Assembly: GCA_964276515.1 (NCBI GenBank)
Contig: OZ193909.1
Coordinates: 1,426,001 to 1,490,000 of the forward strand
Source: Gordius albopunctatus
Taxonomy: Eukaryota
Length of the DNA stretch: 64,000 bases
Reading direction: 5' to 3'
Part shown: positions 14,840 through 28,123 of the stretch, in pieces
Numbering within the stretch: the stretch's first letter is position 1
Layout of the letters: every line of letters begins with the position of its first letter
Position numbers and translations under genes: made by a program
The notes under the pieces: model-generated
The model's database searches: none
Told to the model about the DNA's origin: nothing
The model's input: the letters and a program-made list of their open reading frames with translations, nothing else

Positions 14840-16245
14840 GTTGTAACTTATATATGCATTTGTTATACACGTTGAGAGATTTTGCGATTAATGTATCCCA
14901 GTCCGAATAGTTTATGTGAATAAAGATCTAGCTTTCAACAGTGGCATCGTGGTGAAACCTACGCGGAGATGCAGAAATATAAAACAACGGCTAACATCGA
15001 CGCTTTTATAACGCAATTTGAGTTATTCCTTAGGAACAATAAGACGGAGACAGATGAGCAAAAAGCCGCGCTATTATTAATCAGCCTCGAGGGGGATGCA
15101 TTCCAATTAATACTAGAGGATTATAGACCGCAAGAGTTGACAGGAATTACATACGAAGAAGCGAAAAATCGGTTAAGGAAATTATTCCAGGGGAATTCAT
15201 GTGCGAGGGCAAAGAGGTACGAATTCTCAAAGGTTCGACAAGGTGAGGAGGGATGATAGACGCGTACACTAATAGACTCGAGGCCGGGGCTAACAGCTGC
15301 AACTTCGGAAACGAAGAAATGCAGAACAGAATCGTCGACCAATTCATTATAGGATTGCGCGATAGAAGCTTACAGGCGAGACTGTTGGCAGAAAATGACA
15401 TCAAGTGGGACCGCCTATGAGAGCTGCATTAACGCCCGAGACGATAAATGGGGGGCTAAGCACCTTGCAGGACGGGTCCGAAGAGGCGTGGAGCGTAGTG
15501 GCGAGACGAGAAGCGTGGCCTGGGCCGGTCCGGATTCCCAGGTTAAACCATGCTTTAGATGTGTTAGCAGTTGATATATATATTAATACGGAGTTGTTCC
15601 AATTTATCTTCGATACCGGCGTTACGGTTTCGATATTACCGGCGCTAAGATGGGCGAAGGAGATTTCACGCAACAAAGAGACCGTCCCGACGGTGTAAGC
15701 GTACGGCCACGGGGAAATAAAGATCGTATCCAAGGTACAAGCCGATGTCCGATTGGGGAACACGAGGAAACAGCTGTCATTATTCCTAGCAGACGTAGCG
15801 GGGCCGCCGCTATGCGGGATCGATTGGATACAAGAATTTGAGCCCGAAATCTGGCGTCGAATACGTTGGAAATCGAGAGCTACGGCGGAACGGTTCCCGG
15901 GCAATTACGTAGAAGGACCGAAGGATACCATGACCGCGATCCAGCACGTGATAAAGCTTATTTCTCAAGATGGGCCAGTCTAGTGGTACCCGTGAAAAAA
16001 AGCAATGGGACTCTGCGATTATTTATAGAATAACGGTTTACGATAAATAAATACGCACAAGGGTTGCTGTACCCCTTACCCAAAATTGACGATTTGTTAA
16101 ATAAACTCGACAACGCGTGTTATTTTACGAAGCTGGACCTTACGAAAGCGTACTTACAGCTTGTCCCTGAACCTTTTTCTCTGGCGATGTAGAGCTGGAG
16201 GGTATTACGTAGGAGAACAAACAAGTGATGCCCGGGGGGCAGGTG
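14840..16245 (+). mobile_element. Internally deleted Ty3/gypsy LTR retrotransposon remnant (gag, protease, partial RT)
   Basis: LTR-like end AATAAA..TTCAACA followed by TGGCATCGTGG; gag 14969-15400 (LLLISL..F..VRQ..E; IVDQFIIGLRD); protease FIFDTG; RT VVPVKKSNGTLRL..YPLPKIDDLL..LDLTKAYLQL. Frameshifted. Confidence 0.88.
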
Positions 16246-17786
16246 TATGTATTTATACATGACTGCGCATGGGTTTTGCTATAGTTCTAAGTCTACTATC
16301 TCGACCGGTAATTCGTTTTCCCAAAAGGACAAGTCAAATTCTTCCTCAGCCGGTATTCCTTGTTGTAGGAAATATACATTTTCCAGTAGATTTTTTATAT
16401 CAAGTGCAAGAAGGAGCTGTCACAAAGCCTGTTGGTTCCTAATGGGATCTATATAATGCACATCCTTCCCTGCTAAATCAGAATATTTGCAAAATAATCC
16501 TTGTAAACTTTTTAGAGTGGGCCATATCTTAAAGTATAGTTAAATTTGCGATACGTGTCTTTTTGGGAGTTATATTATGCATCAAGCTTCGCATATCAAT
16601 GGCATGGGTTAAACGTTTACCGAGGAATATGGATGCTTTATAAAATGTCGTATATAATACTAGAGATAAATTAAAAAAGATTATTTTAAATAATTTTATT
16701 TTTTGTTCTATATTCAATTTAAAATCACAAATGTTCTTCAAACGCAAGGCTTTGTTTATCTTAAAACAAGCCATACATTTGACAGTTTAAATCTTAATGT
16801 CATTTTGGAAGTTTCATCACAAATCTGTTAATACACTTTTTCTTACTTATTCAAGATTGGAGATTTTAGTGTTTACTCTTCAAACAAAAATTTTTACAAT
16901 AAAGTTAATTTAAATTGTGTAATGAAGCACATTCATTTTTAAAATTTTGGATTTCAAAATCCGTGAGGGGGAAGGTGTCAAGTCCCATTCCCTTCCAGCT
17001 GTTGCTTGCGCTAATGATCTAAATCCACCCATAGAGCGTTATAAATAATATTTAAAGGCTAAGAAAATTAATGAATTCGTTCAAATAATATTGCCATTCC
17101 AAACTTGCTTGTAATCACGTCAAGCATATATACTTTGTTATACGCTTATAACTCATTACATAGCGGTTATCACGATCAGGGCTTTGAGAAACTTAATCCC
17201 GAGTTTAACAGAAAACCTAATGATTGATAGGTATAATGAAAACTCGAATAGAAAAATATATCACTTTCGCCAGGAATCAAATTTTACCAAGATACTAGTG
17301 ATAGTTAAACTAAATAATTAATAACGTATTTTCACTTAATAAAAACACAAATAATACCAATTTTTATTAACACTCAGAAATAAAATTATCCCCCTCAAAT
17401 TTTTATTTTCTATGCTATTTATGGACTCAATTTCGGTTTGTTCTCAGTCATGTCACGCAAAAAATTTCTCGGCGGGTCCTAATTTTCCAAATCTTTTTAC
17501 AATAAATTTTTTACATAGACCTGGCATAATCTGGACGGAAATGTAAAAGGCCGGGGCCGGTCCGCCCCCAATTTTTTATTTACAATAGATAAAATGCATA
17601 TTCTATTTTAGAGGTTATAATTTAATTTCCTACCTCACAACCAATGTTTTTGTCCCAATTTCTGTTTTTTTGACAATGAAATATAATAATTACTTTCACA
17701 ACTTTTATTAATAAAATATAAATTGTTATATAACAGAATTTACTGCCTTAACAACCCACATTTTCCAGCAACTTCTCACATAAAAT

Positions 17787-19855
17787 TTAGGTATGTTTAT
17801 CAGGTTTGTGACATTTCCCACATTGTTCACAGTGAATAAAATAAGGTTTAACGCAGACTAAGCATTTGAAACAGTGACTGTAAGATTTTTTTCCATCCAA
17901 AGTTGTACATTTCCCACAAGCTTTACAATGCTCATTATTAATATGAACGTAATATTTGCATGGCTTGCAGTACCTATCAAGAAAATTATTATACACAAAT
18001 ATTGTTAAAATATACTTGTAGCCCAATTTTATGGGTAACTCAAAGTTTGACAGAGGAATCGAAGTGAAAATACGTATGGGTGATTTATCTTTTCTAAATT
18101 TCCCATGATTTTCATAAGTTATCTATAATAAAAAAGGCATCATAAAAATATTATATTTGTGTTTATAAGATGTATAGATTACATTTTGAAAATACTTTGC
18201 CTTTTCACAAATAACAATACAATGATTCCTCACAAGTTTTAATTAGTATACACACAAAATTCTAAACATTATAAAATAATAATTTGAGGGAATATCCAAA
18301 AAATACATTAACCAGCATATTAATTAAAACAATAAAACTTATAAGTGAATTTATTTCATTTTAAAACAGATGTGTGGGATTTTATGCTGTAGCACAAAAA
18401 TGATAATTTTCATTATTTGGGCAGCAGATCATAATTGTCAAAGTTCTGTTTTATAGCACAAATACTTAGATAGGTCTAGAATTCAAAATATTAACTTTCA
18501 TATTATATTACAAAAAACCTTAAAATAAAATGTTTAACTATTTATAATTATTTTATATATACACAAACCAGCTCAATAAAAAACTTAAAGCCATACTAAC
18601 CATGATTAATAAACAATGAAGAGGGTAAAAAAATTTATTTGTTTTAAAAATTCCTTAATAAAAAATAAAAAAAGCTTTCCAATATTATATAAACATCATA
18701 GTGAATTTACCACGTAATCTGACATATTAAGATGAGGCAGATGCTTTTCAATTTTGTTAGCCATAAAATATGGATTGATTAACAATTCATCAAATTTCAA
18801 ATCACTCGATTGGTTTGTAATGGATAAATTCATTTTATCAATAATATAATTTTTTAATGTCTTTAAAGAATGTGCAATCACTTCAATCATTACCCCAAAT
18901 GGTGGATCAACAATTATAAGTATTGAGGAGTTTTTCTTCTTTTTGATGGTAGATGTTTTATTAAGGAATTTTATAAAATTTGATCTGAATATTGAAAAAT
19001 AATAATATATATAAATGCAAGTGACAAATTTAAATATTTTTGTAAAAGATATTAAGAGGCACAAAAAAATTTACTCAGCTTTGTGAGAGAAAAAGTGGTT
19101 ATTGCACATATTGTAGTGAATAAATTTGTTGGGATTATAAAAATTGGAGTATCTAGGATCTATATCCATCAAGATGACGTTTTTCTCAATTTGCTCAAGA
19201 TTTTCAAACAATCTTGGGGTACCAAGGCATATAACCTTAAAAATATTTAAATTATGAACATTTATATAAAATACTTTTTCATAATTAAAGGATAATATAT
19301 TTTTTGTTAAAAACTCTAATGTTGAGGATGAAAAAAAATACTGAGCTTCCTTGGTATTCTTTTTAGAAGGATTGAGAATTGTTGATGGTGTGTCAATAGA
19401 ATGATTTATTTCAATGGTATTACAAGACGACTTCAAAAGGTGAAATGCTTTTTTATATTTTCCCTTACTCATACTTTTATTATCACTGTAAAATCGATTG
19501 CAAGTTGTGCACAAATTTATGCTCATTCCATCAAATCCACGCTTTTTTAAGGATTTTACTAATAAATATCGTGTTTTATGATAAGCTCCCAGTCTGGCAA
19601 AACAACTGTATCGTTTATACCAAATATTTTTACTTTGTTGAGATAACTAAAGTTTTTATTATTATCATATAAATCTTAAAGGCATACATTTCGTCCTTCT
19701 TTATGAAAAAATTCACAATCCTTATGATTGCGATATGCAGAACATACAAAGAAATAAGCATTGTCTTTTCCAGTGGATCTATAAAACTTTAAAGTTGGCC
19801 CATGTGTACAAAAGTTTTCATTTAAAGAAGGCTCATATTTTAGGTTGGAATGCAT
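17787..19855 (-). CDS. ZCCHC4: rRNA N6-adenosine methyltransferase ZCCHC4 homolog
   Basis: CTHGPTLKF..CSAYRNHKDCEFF (GRF zinc finger), EAQYFFS, CLGTPRL, MDIDPRY, YNMCNNHFF, catalytic DPPFG, SPIRIFT and a Cys/His-rich C-terminus. The start codon is tentative. Confidence 0.92.
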
Positions 19856-20375
19856 TTAAATATCCAACATCAGCTGACAGCCAATATTTAAATTTAAGTT
19901 TTAAAATACACAATCTTTACCTGATTCTTGCACTCAAACCAAATCTTACAATAAATTTAAGGGAGACTTCATTAAAATTTTGTGTTTTCTGAAATGTATT
20001 ATAATAGTAAATTTTAAAAATTTAACTGTTCATAAAAAGAAACATGGAAAAGCTCTAAGCTTAATCATTAATTTTCAGACTGCCGCATGAAATTTAAATC
20101 GGTTTTTTGAACAATTTCTCTTGTGTAGGCCAGTGTGATCAGTCTAATATAATAGTGGGTTTTATACTAAATACAAATCGGAGGTGAAGCTGATGTAATT
20201 TTTACTAGCAAACGTAAAATTATTAATTTAAACATTTAAGTAATCTAAAGTAACTAAGAGCTTTATGCGGACAAAAGCAAAATGTTTAAGTTGATTGTAG
20301 GAAAAATTAATAACATAAAATTTAGTTAATTTTGAGGTAATTAATCAAATTTTTAAAGCTAACCTAAGTTTCATA

Positions 20376-20531
20376 CATGGGCGTAGCCAGCATTGAATTT
20401 AGAACGAGACAATAATAATTTAGGGAGAAGAAAAATGATCAATTATTGAAATTTCAGACAACCTTTTAATAAATTCAAATTTTCTGAATATAAGGGGAGT
20501 AGCCGCCCTGTCTCCCTTGGCTAGGCCCACA
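20376..20531. mobile_element. Short hAT-like MITE (CATGGGCGTAGCCA family); representative of 10 or more copies or fragments in the window
   Basis: Termini CATGGGCGTAGCCA / TGGCTAGGCCCACA and conserved core AATAATGATTTAGGGAGAGGCAAAA. Relatives near 6676, 12850, 30122, 40650, 43070, 47695, 49960 and 50210. Confidence 0.7.
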
Positions 20532-21059
20532 TTCATAGTTAAAGAAAAATAAATTTTCACTCAAATATTTAATAAAAATATACTTTTAAATTATGATCAA
20601 AACAGTGTTATATTGCCTTAATTTGCCCTACATTTAATTCAAGTCCTGTCTAATCCTTTAATTTTATTATAAAGACTTAACTAATCTCCCTAGAAGAAAT
20701 TTATCTTTACGTAAGTCACTCTCAACTTCAAAACGACAACAAACGGCTATTTAATAATAGTAAAAACCTTGAAAAAAAGTCATGGGTACAAATCAATAAT
20801 TTATTTTCGATTGCCAAATCATCATAGAAAACCTAATTGGCCATAATGACTAATTTATCGCTTAAACACCTGTATAAATAAGCGATATTAACATTGATTT
20901 AATAAATGTCGAGAGTTAACTAAAATTAAAGTAGACCAATTTTTTGCATGAGCCATGCGAATAACCATTTTTTCCATTTTTCTCTAGCAAAATTTTAAAG
21001 TTCTTAGAATTTTATATTAAAGATACATACATATTAATTTTAAATAATAGTTATAGAAT

Positions 21060-23601
21060 TTAATTTTGAGAGTCTCCACTGACAATATATCTAGGTAACC
21101 CAAAACGTGCAAAAATTGTCCTTAAATTTTGGATAATTTTTGTTGAGTTTATCTCGCCTAGCACCATTACTTCGGGCCATTTTGTAAGAGCATCAATGCA
21201 AACTAACCAATACTTCTTATTGATGGGTCCCGCCAAGTCTATGTGGACCCGTTCCCAAGGCTTGTTAGGGACGTTGCAAGCGTATAGGGGTACCTCTTTA
21301 ATGTTTGGTCGTTCTTCTTGGCAATGTTTACAGGTATTAACGTATTTTTCTATGTCTACGTCAATATTATTCCAGTACACATAGTATCTCCCTAATGACT
21401 TCATAGCCACGATTCCCGGATGACCATCATGTAGAATTTTAAGAATATCTGGCCTTAATTTTTCCGGAATTTTAAGTCGATCTTTATAAAATAAAAGATT
21501 ATTTTCGAAAGAAATGTAATTTCTTAATTGCAGGTATTTTCGTACGTTATCGTTATTTGAAGAGCCTTGCCATCTATTTTTAAATTGCTCTATAACTTCT
21601 TTTAGTACATTATCTTTTATTGTTTCCTCTACAATATTTTTTGTATTCAAAGTCAAATCATCGATTAATTGTAATTTAATTCTTCGTATATAATTATCTA
21701 TGTTTAAATTATGAGGTGAATCCTTTGGGCATAACCGAGAAAGTGCATCAGCACACTGATTAGATTTCCCTGGGATGTATTTTATATCATAATCATATTC
21801 AAGTAATTTAATTGACCATCTTAGTAACCTATTATTGGTTATTTTACTAAGATCCCGGGTTGTCCCAAAAATATTTATAAGAGGGTGGTTATCTGTCTGA
21901 ATTGTGAATTTATGACCATAAATATACTGATGGAATTTATTTATCGCATAAATTACTGTCGATGCCTCTCTGTCGATGACGGAGTAATTTTTCTCGGCGG
22001 AATTTAGGGAACGAGAGGCGTAGGCAATAGGTTTCTCTTGGCCAGAGGAAAACTTATGCGCTATAACTGCCCCTAAACCTACTGACGCGTCGATTGAAAT
22101 TATGATAGGCAATTCTTTTTGATAAGGCACTATAGTTTTTCTGTTTGAGATTGTAGTTTTAACTTTTTCAAAAGTTAATTTTTCTAAGTCGCCCCATACC
22201 CATTTTGTATTTATGGAAGTTAATTTGTATAAAGGAGCGCAATTTATCTGAAGGTTGGGGATAAAAGTTTCTAAATAGTTTAACAACCCAAGGAAAGAAC
22301 GAAGTTTCTTTTTGTTTTCGGGTGTTTTAAAACTTTTAATCTTTAGAATCTTATCCTCACTCGCTGTTATGCCTTCACTATTAATTATATGTCCTAAGTA
22401 TTTGACAGACTTTTTAAATAGTTGCATTTTTGTTTGAGATGTTGTTAGCCCACCCGTTTGAAAGAGATTTAATACGGTTATTAATTTGTTTAAGTGATCC
22501 TTTTCGTTTTTAGCGCTAATTATAACATCGTCCATAAGGACACTCACCCCGGGTATGTTATTAACCAATTGTCTCATAAACCTATGAAAGATAATCGGCG
22601 CTGTTGTGAGCCCAAACGGTAATCTCTTATAACAAAAATATCCTATATGCGTTGATATGTTTAAATAATTCCTTGATTTCTCATCAAGTTCAAGTTGTAA
22701 AAAGGCATCTTTGAGGTCAATGATAGAAAAAGTTTTACCTCCGGCTATTCTTTCAGCCACTTCGCTGAAAGTTGGTAAAATATCCTGATCTTTAGCCAAG
22801 TGTTGATTTATGGTTAAACGAAAATCACCACATATACGCTGTTTTCTTCTTAACATTTACAGTTGGCGTAGCCCATTTAATTGGCGTTAAAGTAGGATTA
22901 ATTTTTTCAATGATGTCTTCGTTAAGTAGCCGTTGGAGTTCATCTTCTACAGCTTTTCGTAGTGGAAACGGTACTCTTCTAGCTGGAAACATTTTTGGCA
23001 TCGCGTTATCATTGATTTCGAGTGTCACTTTGAAATCTTTTACTTTTCCTAATTTTTTGGAAAACACGTGGTTAACTGTTTAATAATTGCATGTACATTT
23101 GAAGGTATTTCAATGATAGAGTTTAGGCAAACCGACTTTGGTAGAGTTAAGTTAAATTTTGAGATAAATGGCATACCAAATATTGCTGAACCTTTACCTT
23201 TGATGACATAAATATCTAAGTACTTTGTCACACCACCAACGTCCACCTTCACTTTGGTTTTACCAAGTGTTGCAATAGCCGTTCTACCATAGCCGTATAT
23301 CTTCGGAGCTTGGTAAAGTTTAGGCTCCCCGATTCGAGACCACGTTATTTCATCAATTACGCTACATGCCGCACCCGTGTCGAAGATCATTTCATAGGGC
23401 ACATCGTTAATGCGTACGTTGATGTGGGCTTTGGTGTGATGATCGGAGTCGTGGTTGATGGCTGATAACGTATTCGTCACCGTTCTACAATTTTTTTCTA
23501 CACGAGGTTGAGTTTAAGGTCCAAGGGTTTCTAAATCCTCGTCGCCATTATAACGTATCTGGTTTATTAGGTAACATATAAGAAACAAGTGTTCATTGTA
23601 A
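21060..23601 (-). mobile_element. Ty3/gypsy pol (protease-RT-RNaseH-partial integrase) with PBS and partial 5' LTR
   Basis: IFDTGA; RLPFGL, LMDD; DAS..GLGAV, YASRSL, ADALSRL; HDGHPG..CKHC, RVHIDLAGP. PBS TGGCGACGAGGAT at 23535-23547. Two frameshifts; integrase truncated. Confidence 0.93.
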
Positions 23602-23801
23602 NNNNNNNNNNNNNNNNNNNNNNNNNNNNNNNNNNNNNNNNNNNNNNNNNNNNNNNNNNNNNNNNNNNNNNNNNNNNNNNNNNNNNNNNNNNNNNNNNNN
23701 NNNNNNNNNNNNNNNNNNNNNNNNNNNNNNNNNNNNNNNNNNNNNNNNNNNNNNNNNNNNNNNNNNNNNNNNNNNNNNNNNNNNNNNNNNNNNNNNNNNN
23801 N
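23602..23801. other. Assembly gap (200 N)
   Basis: Run of N. Confidence 1.
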
Positions 23802-24249
23802 CAAATTTAAATTATATAAGAATTAAATATTGAGATTAGTAGTTGCGTTTGTGTTAGTTCCTTCATACATCGTTTACATATCCTCTGTACACTGTACTGT
23901 TGATTAATAATGAGTTTTTGCAAAATATTTTAATTACTAACGTTAAATACCAAAAAAATGTCTTTGCGACCTTTTTTTTTTGCTCTCACTTAGTCTCGGC
24001 GATTTTTTTTGCTCGCCCCCCCCCCTGATCCGAAAGCTGGCTACGCCCATGCGATTTACAGCCAATTAACAATCAATTAACATTGCGTTTCAATTCGAAC
24101 GCTCGAGGTCATGCCAATTAAGTAGATAGTATTTGCATACATTACACTAAGAGTACAAGAAAAAGAGGATATTCAAACAAACACCAATCACGATTATAGA
24201 TCAAGGTAATTTACTCTTTGGTCAAAATCACTCTCTAGAGTTTTTTTTA

Positions 24250-25145
24250 GAAAATGATAGTAGTACTAATTCTGTAAGAGGGCAAGAAGATGAAGATGAT
24301 AATCAAATACTCACTTTTCTAGATACTGCCAGTGTGAAGTCTAAAATAGATATTAGCGAGGATAACATTCAAAATATATTCAATACTTAAGATGACCATG
24401 ACATAGGCAATTATATTTACTCAAATTTGATTGGGATGGAGAAATTTAGAGTTTTTAAATTAATCTGGTAACCTAGAGAAAGCTTCGAGTTCCCCAAATG
24501 TGGAACTCGTAATTTAAAATTTCAATATCAGTGGTTTAAACGATGGCCATGGTTATCTTATTCCAAAAAGCTCGGAGAAACTTTTTGTAAGTATTGCGTA
24601 CTTGCAGGGAAATTTACGGGTGGAAAAGGCTCTCAAAATTTAAATAGTTTATCTGTAAATGCTTATAAAAGGTTAGATAAATTGTTAGTTTTTAAATCAC
24701 AGTTTGATCTTTGAACAGGTTCCAAAATGCAATACAAACATTCAACAACCATTCACAAAATAATTATTATTTGCATGCAGTGGACATTATCAACTCGCTT
24801 GAAGATATTTATATTAACAAAAAACAGTCAATTGACCTCGTTATTTCAAATGAAAGAAAATTCTATTACAATTGCTTCCCTTGTTTATACTATAACGGAA
24901 GCTATAGTGTTCTGTGGCAGGCAAGGAGTTGCATTGAGAGGTATTTTAATCTTAATGTTTAGTATAGAGGCTCTTTTTAATAGGTCATCGTGATTATGGC
25001 CTATTAAAAGGAAAGTAATGAAGGGAATTTCAGGGAGATCTTGATTTTACTTTCAAAGTTCAGCGAGAAAGTGAAATCTGATTTGAAAGAATGTCCTAAA
25101 AATGCTAATGACCTCTCACCCGGTATACAAAATGAATTAATTTAT
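24250..25145 (+). mobile_element. Degenerate hAT transposase N-terminal part (TTF zinc finger and DUF4371-like region)
   Basis: FPKCGTRNLKFQYQWFKRWPWLSYSKKLGETFCKYC; IVFCGRQGVALRG; NEGNFREIL; LSPGIQNELI. Many stops. Confidence 0.8.
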
Positions 25146-25149
25146 ATTA

Positions 25150-25735
25150 TCAAACAACATATTTAAACAAAAACCGAATCCAAAAAGGCATTATACAACG
25201 AGATCCTGTAATAGGCTTCGGGGCATGTTGTCTGCATGTTTGACCTTTTGAACTAGGAATAGTAATGGAAAAATCATGACTTTTTCCAAATGTTGAAACA
25301 CTGGTAAAAATAGTTTTAAACTCCTCTTCGAACGGCATATATTGCCTTTGATAGATCGATGCGTTAATTCTTTGCAAATAGTTGCTAAGATGTATTGTAT
25401 AAGGAAAGACTTGGTTCAACATAAAGAGGGACACCCAAAATTGGCCTTTTTGTTTCAATGATGCAAGTAGAATCATTGCATTCGATGATGATTCTACACA
25501 TCAGCCCATTCACAAATCTTTTCGACTTTAGTAAAAATGGCGTCTTTAAATTCATCAAATCTTTCGACAGCATTATGCTTTTGGGCCCACCTTGTTTCAC
25601 AAAGTGTTGTTAATTTAGAGGATTTTGGATTGGTTGACAAAGATAGCAATACAGAGTTTAAGAGATGCAATTTTTTTGGCGAAGTTATAAAATCAGTAAT
25701 CTTTTTAATAACACCTTTTCGCCAATGTCCTTTTA
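25150..25735 (-). mobile_element. Degenerate hAT transposase central part
   Basis: Minus strand reads IKKITDFITSPKK..TLCETRWAQKHNAVERF and LSNYLQ. Frameshifted. Confidence 0.75.
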
Positions 25736-25746
25736 ATTGTTTATAT

Positions 25747-26797
25747 CAGGGGCGTACGCAGGATTTTTCTGCGGGGAGGGTTTTTAAATCAGAATCATAT
25801 TAATTTTACAATTTATTTAAATACAAACACTTTCACAAAAAATATTTATTAAAAACGTCATATCATATAATTTTATAAAATAAATAGTAGGGAAAAAATT
25901 ATTTGCGCGATTTAGATAAAAATTCATTGATTATATCTTGAGTGTCTGGAATTAAATCTCTATGAATATTCAACAAGGTCAAACCTATAAGCCTATATAA
26001 AATTAAGAGTTTGTAATAAAATGTATTTACCTCTCTTGCCCAGTTCTATTCCTCAAGTAAGTTTTAAGTCTTCTCAGCGTAGAAAAACTTCTTTCATTAG
26101 AACACGTTGTTACTGGGAGTGTTGCTAAAATCTTGTATAACACTCTTATATTTGGATATAGAAGCAGCTTGGAATTATAATCCCACAATGCTTTTAGTGC
26201 ATTAAAAGGCAGGACTTCAGGGTTACAATCTTTAAAAGATTGATACCAGAGTTTAATCTCAGCCTCATAAATTTCTTGATTTCCATTCAAATCATCCCCA
26301 TAAAAATTCGCTAAATTCAAATGGTTCGCCAGTTTAACTTCAGATAGCTTTACAGGACTAAATCTAAAATTAACATCTAATATGATCAGTTAAAAATCTT
26401 ACCACTTGCAGATCCTTTTTCCACATGAACTAAATCTAAAATTAACATCTAACTATGCTCAGTTAAAAATCTTACCACTAGCAAATCCTTTTTCCGCATG
26501 ATTAACTTTTTTGACACAATATTTAAATATCGTGCCTTTTCTTTTATTCAAATTGATAGAGGAATTCATATGAAATTCATACGTTTTATAACCACAAGGA
26601 AAATTTAGGAAAAATATATTAATGCCTAAAAATACTTAATGGTTGTTGAAAATAAGAGCTCTCCATAGTTAATTAAATAGCACTCATTTTATAATATTTA
26701 CTATATAATGCTATATTAGAAAATAAAAAATATTTTTTCGAAATCCGCAGGGGGGGGTTTGAACCCTAAAACCCCCCCCCCCTTGCGTACGCCACTG
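25747..26797 (-). mobile_element. Non-autonomous hAT element retaining the dimerization-domain exon
   Basis: TIR CAG(G/T)GGCGTACGCA; perfect 8-bp TSD GTTTATAT; ORF 26027-26320 YPNIRVLYKILATLPVTTCSNERSFSTLRRLKTYLR. Internal ~70-bp tandem duplication at 26357-26500. Confidence 0.92.
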
Positions 26798-26810
26798 GTT
26801 TATATTGTTA

Positions 26811-27556
26811 TCTATATATATAAAGTAAAGTCTATGTATGTATGTGTGTATGCATGTAAGGACTAAATTCTGAAACTACCCGCCCGATTCGCGCGAAAAT
26901 TTAGCCGTAGATGCCCAGGGCGGCCAGGGGTAAAATAACTTTTTCAGATTCCTAAAATACCTTTTAGTTTTAAAAATATCGGACATTTCCCGGCCAGTTT
27001 CATTTATAGCAGCATATACAATAATGACGTCATACATACAAGGCTGAAGTTTTCTCGAATTAGATATTTAAAAGTATAATAAAAATGTTACAGTATGCGG
27101 TCAAAATTATTGGGGTTTAACAAACTATTTAAATTAAATAAATAATATTTAAATTATTATCACGTGATCGATCATGGAAGCATAGTTTTAATAATTATCC
27201 ATCCTTCAATTAATTATTTTATTATATTAAAGAAGATTGCATTTCAAATAAATCAGCTAACTAGAAAAATAAAATAGTGGTAATTTTTTCAAAAATATTT
27301 AATTTTAGTGGGATTTGATGACTAAAACAGAATTCGCATATGGTTTGTCTTATTATATATATACTAAAAATAGTGGATTCATAAAATGCATGACTTGATA
27401 AAATTCGTGCTCTAAATAAATATTATGGATATTTTATTTATTTGAATTATTATTTCATATATGACCCCATTTTAGATAAGTAGTCTTATTAATAGGTTAT
27501 ACTTATTTAACCACTTAAGGACTGAGCCAAAGCAACGCTTGGCCGGGCACAGCTAG
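26811..27556 (+). mobile_element. Non-autonomous Helitron
   Basis: A|TCTATATATATAAAG start, (TATG)n microsatellite, 3' hairpin GCCAAAGCAACGCTTGGC, CTAG|T end. Confidence 0.85.
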
Positions 27557-28123
27557 TTGAATATAAATAAATATTTGTTGGGATTTTAATTTTAGTATTT
27601 TTACGCTATTGTCACTTTAAACTTTTGTGGAAAAAACATTTTTCAAAGAAAAAATATTTACAAAAAAATTTCGCCTTGAAAATTTTCTAGCACTACCCAT
27701 GAGTAAATCCTGGATACGCCTATGAGAGTTTCTCTAGTCTCACTTTTTATTGTACTGTATTAAAATTTTCAAAAATATTTACCTTCAAAGATTGTTAGTA
27801 ATTAAAAATAAATGTTAAATTATATTATTTAATAATTTTTTTTATGTTTGACATTAAAATTTATATTTTTAACCGCTTGTAATAAATATCATTTTGGCAA
27901 GCTATACTATTTATTTAATTTATTTGTTTAGCATGACTTTCGAAATTATTACATCATTCGGATGTCCTCGGTAAAGTACACACGTTTTCTTTCCACAAAA
28001 AATAAAAATCTCACCCCTGCGGGAATAAACAAAGGTTCCAGCCCCTCTTTACAAAAAGTATATAAATAAAGCTTTGAGTAGCGCTTAAACTCATTTTCCA
28101 AATTATATTTGAAAACCCCTAAA

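Noticed and set aside
23514..23810. ORFs spanning the N run
   Set aside because: Artefacts of the assembly gap.
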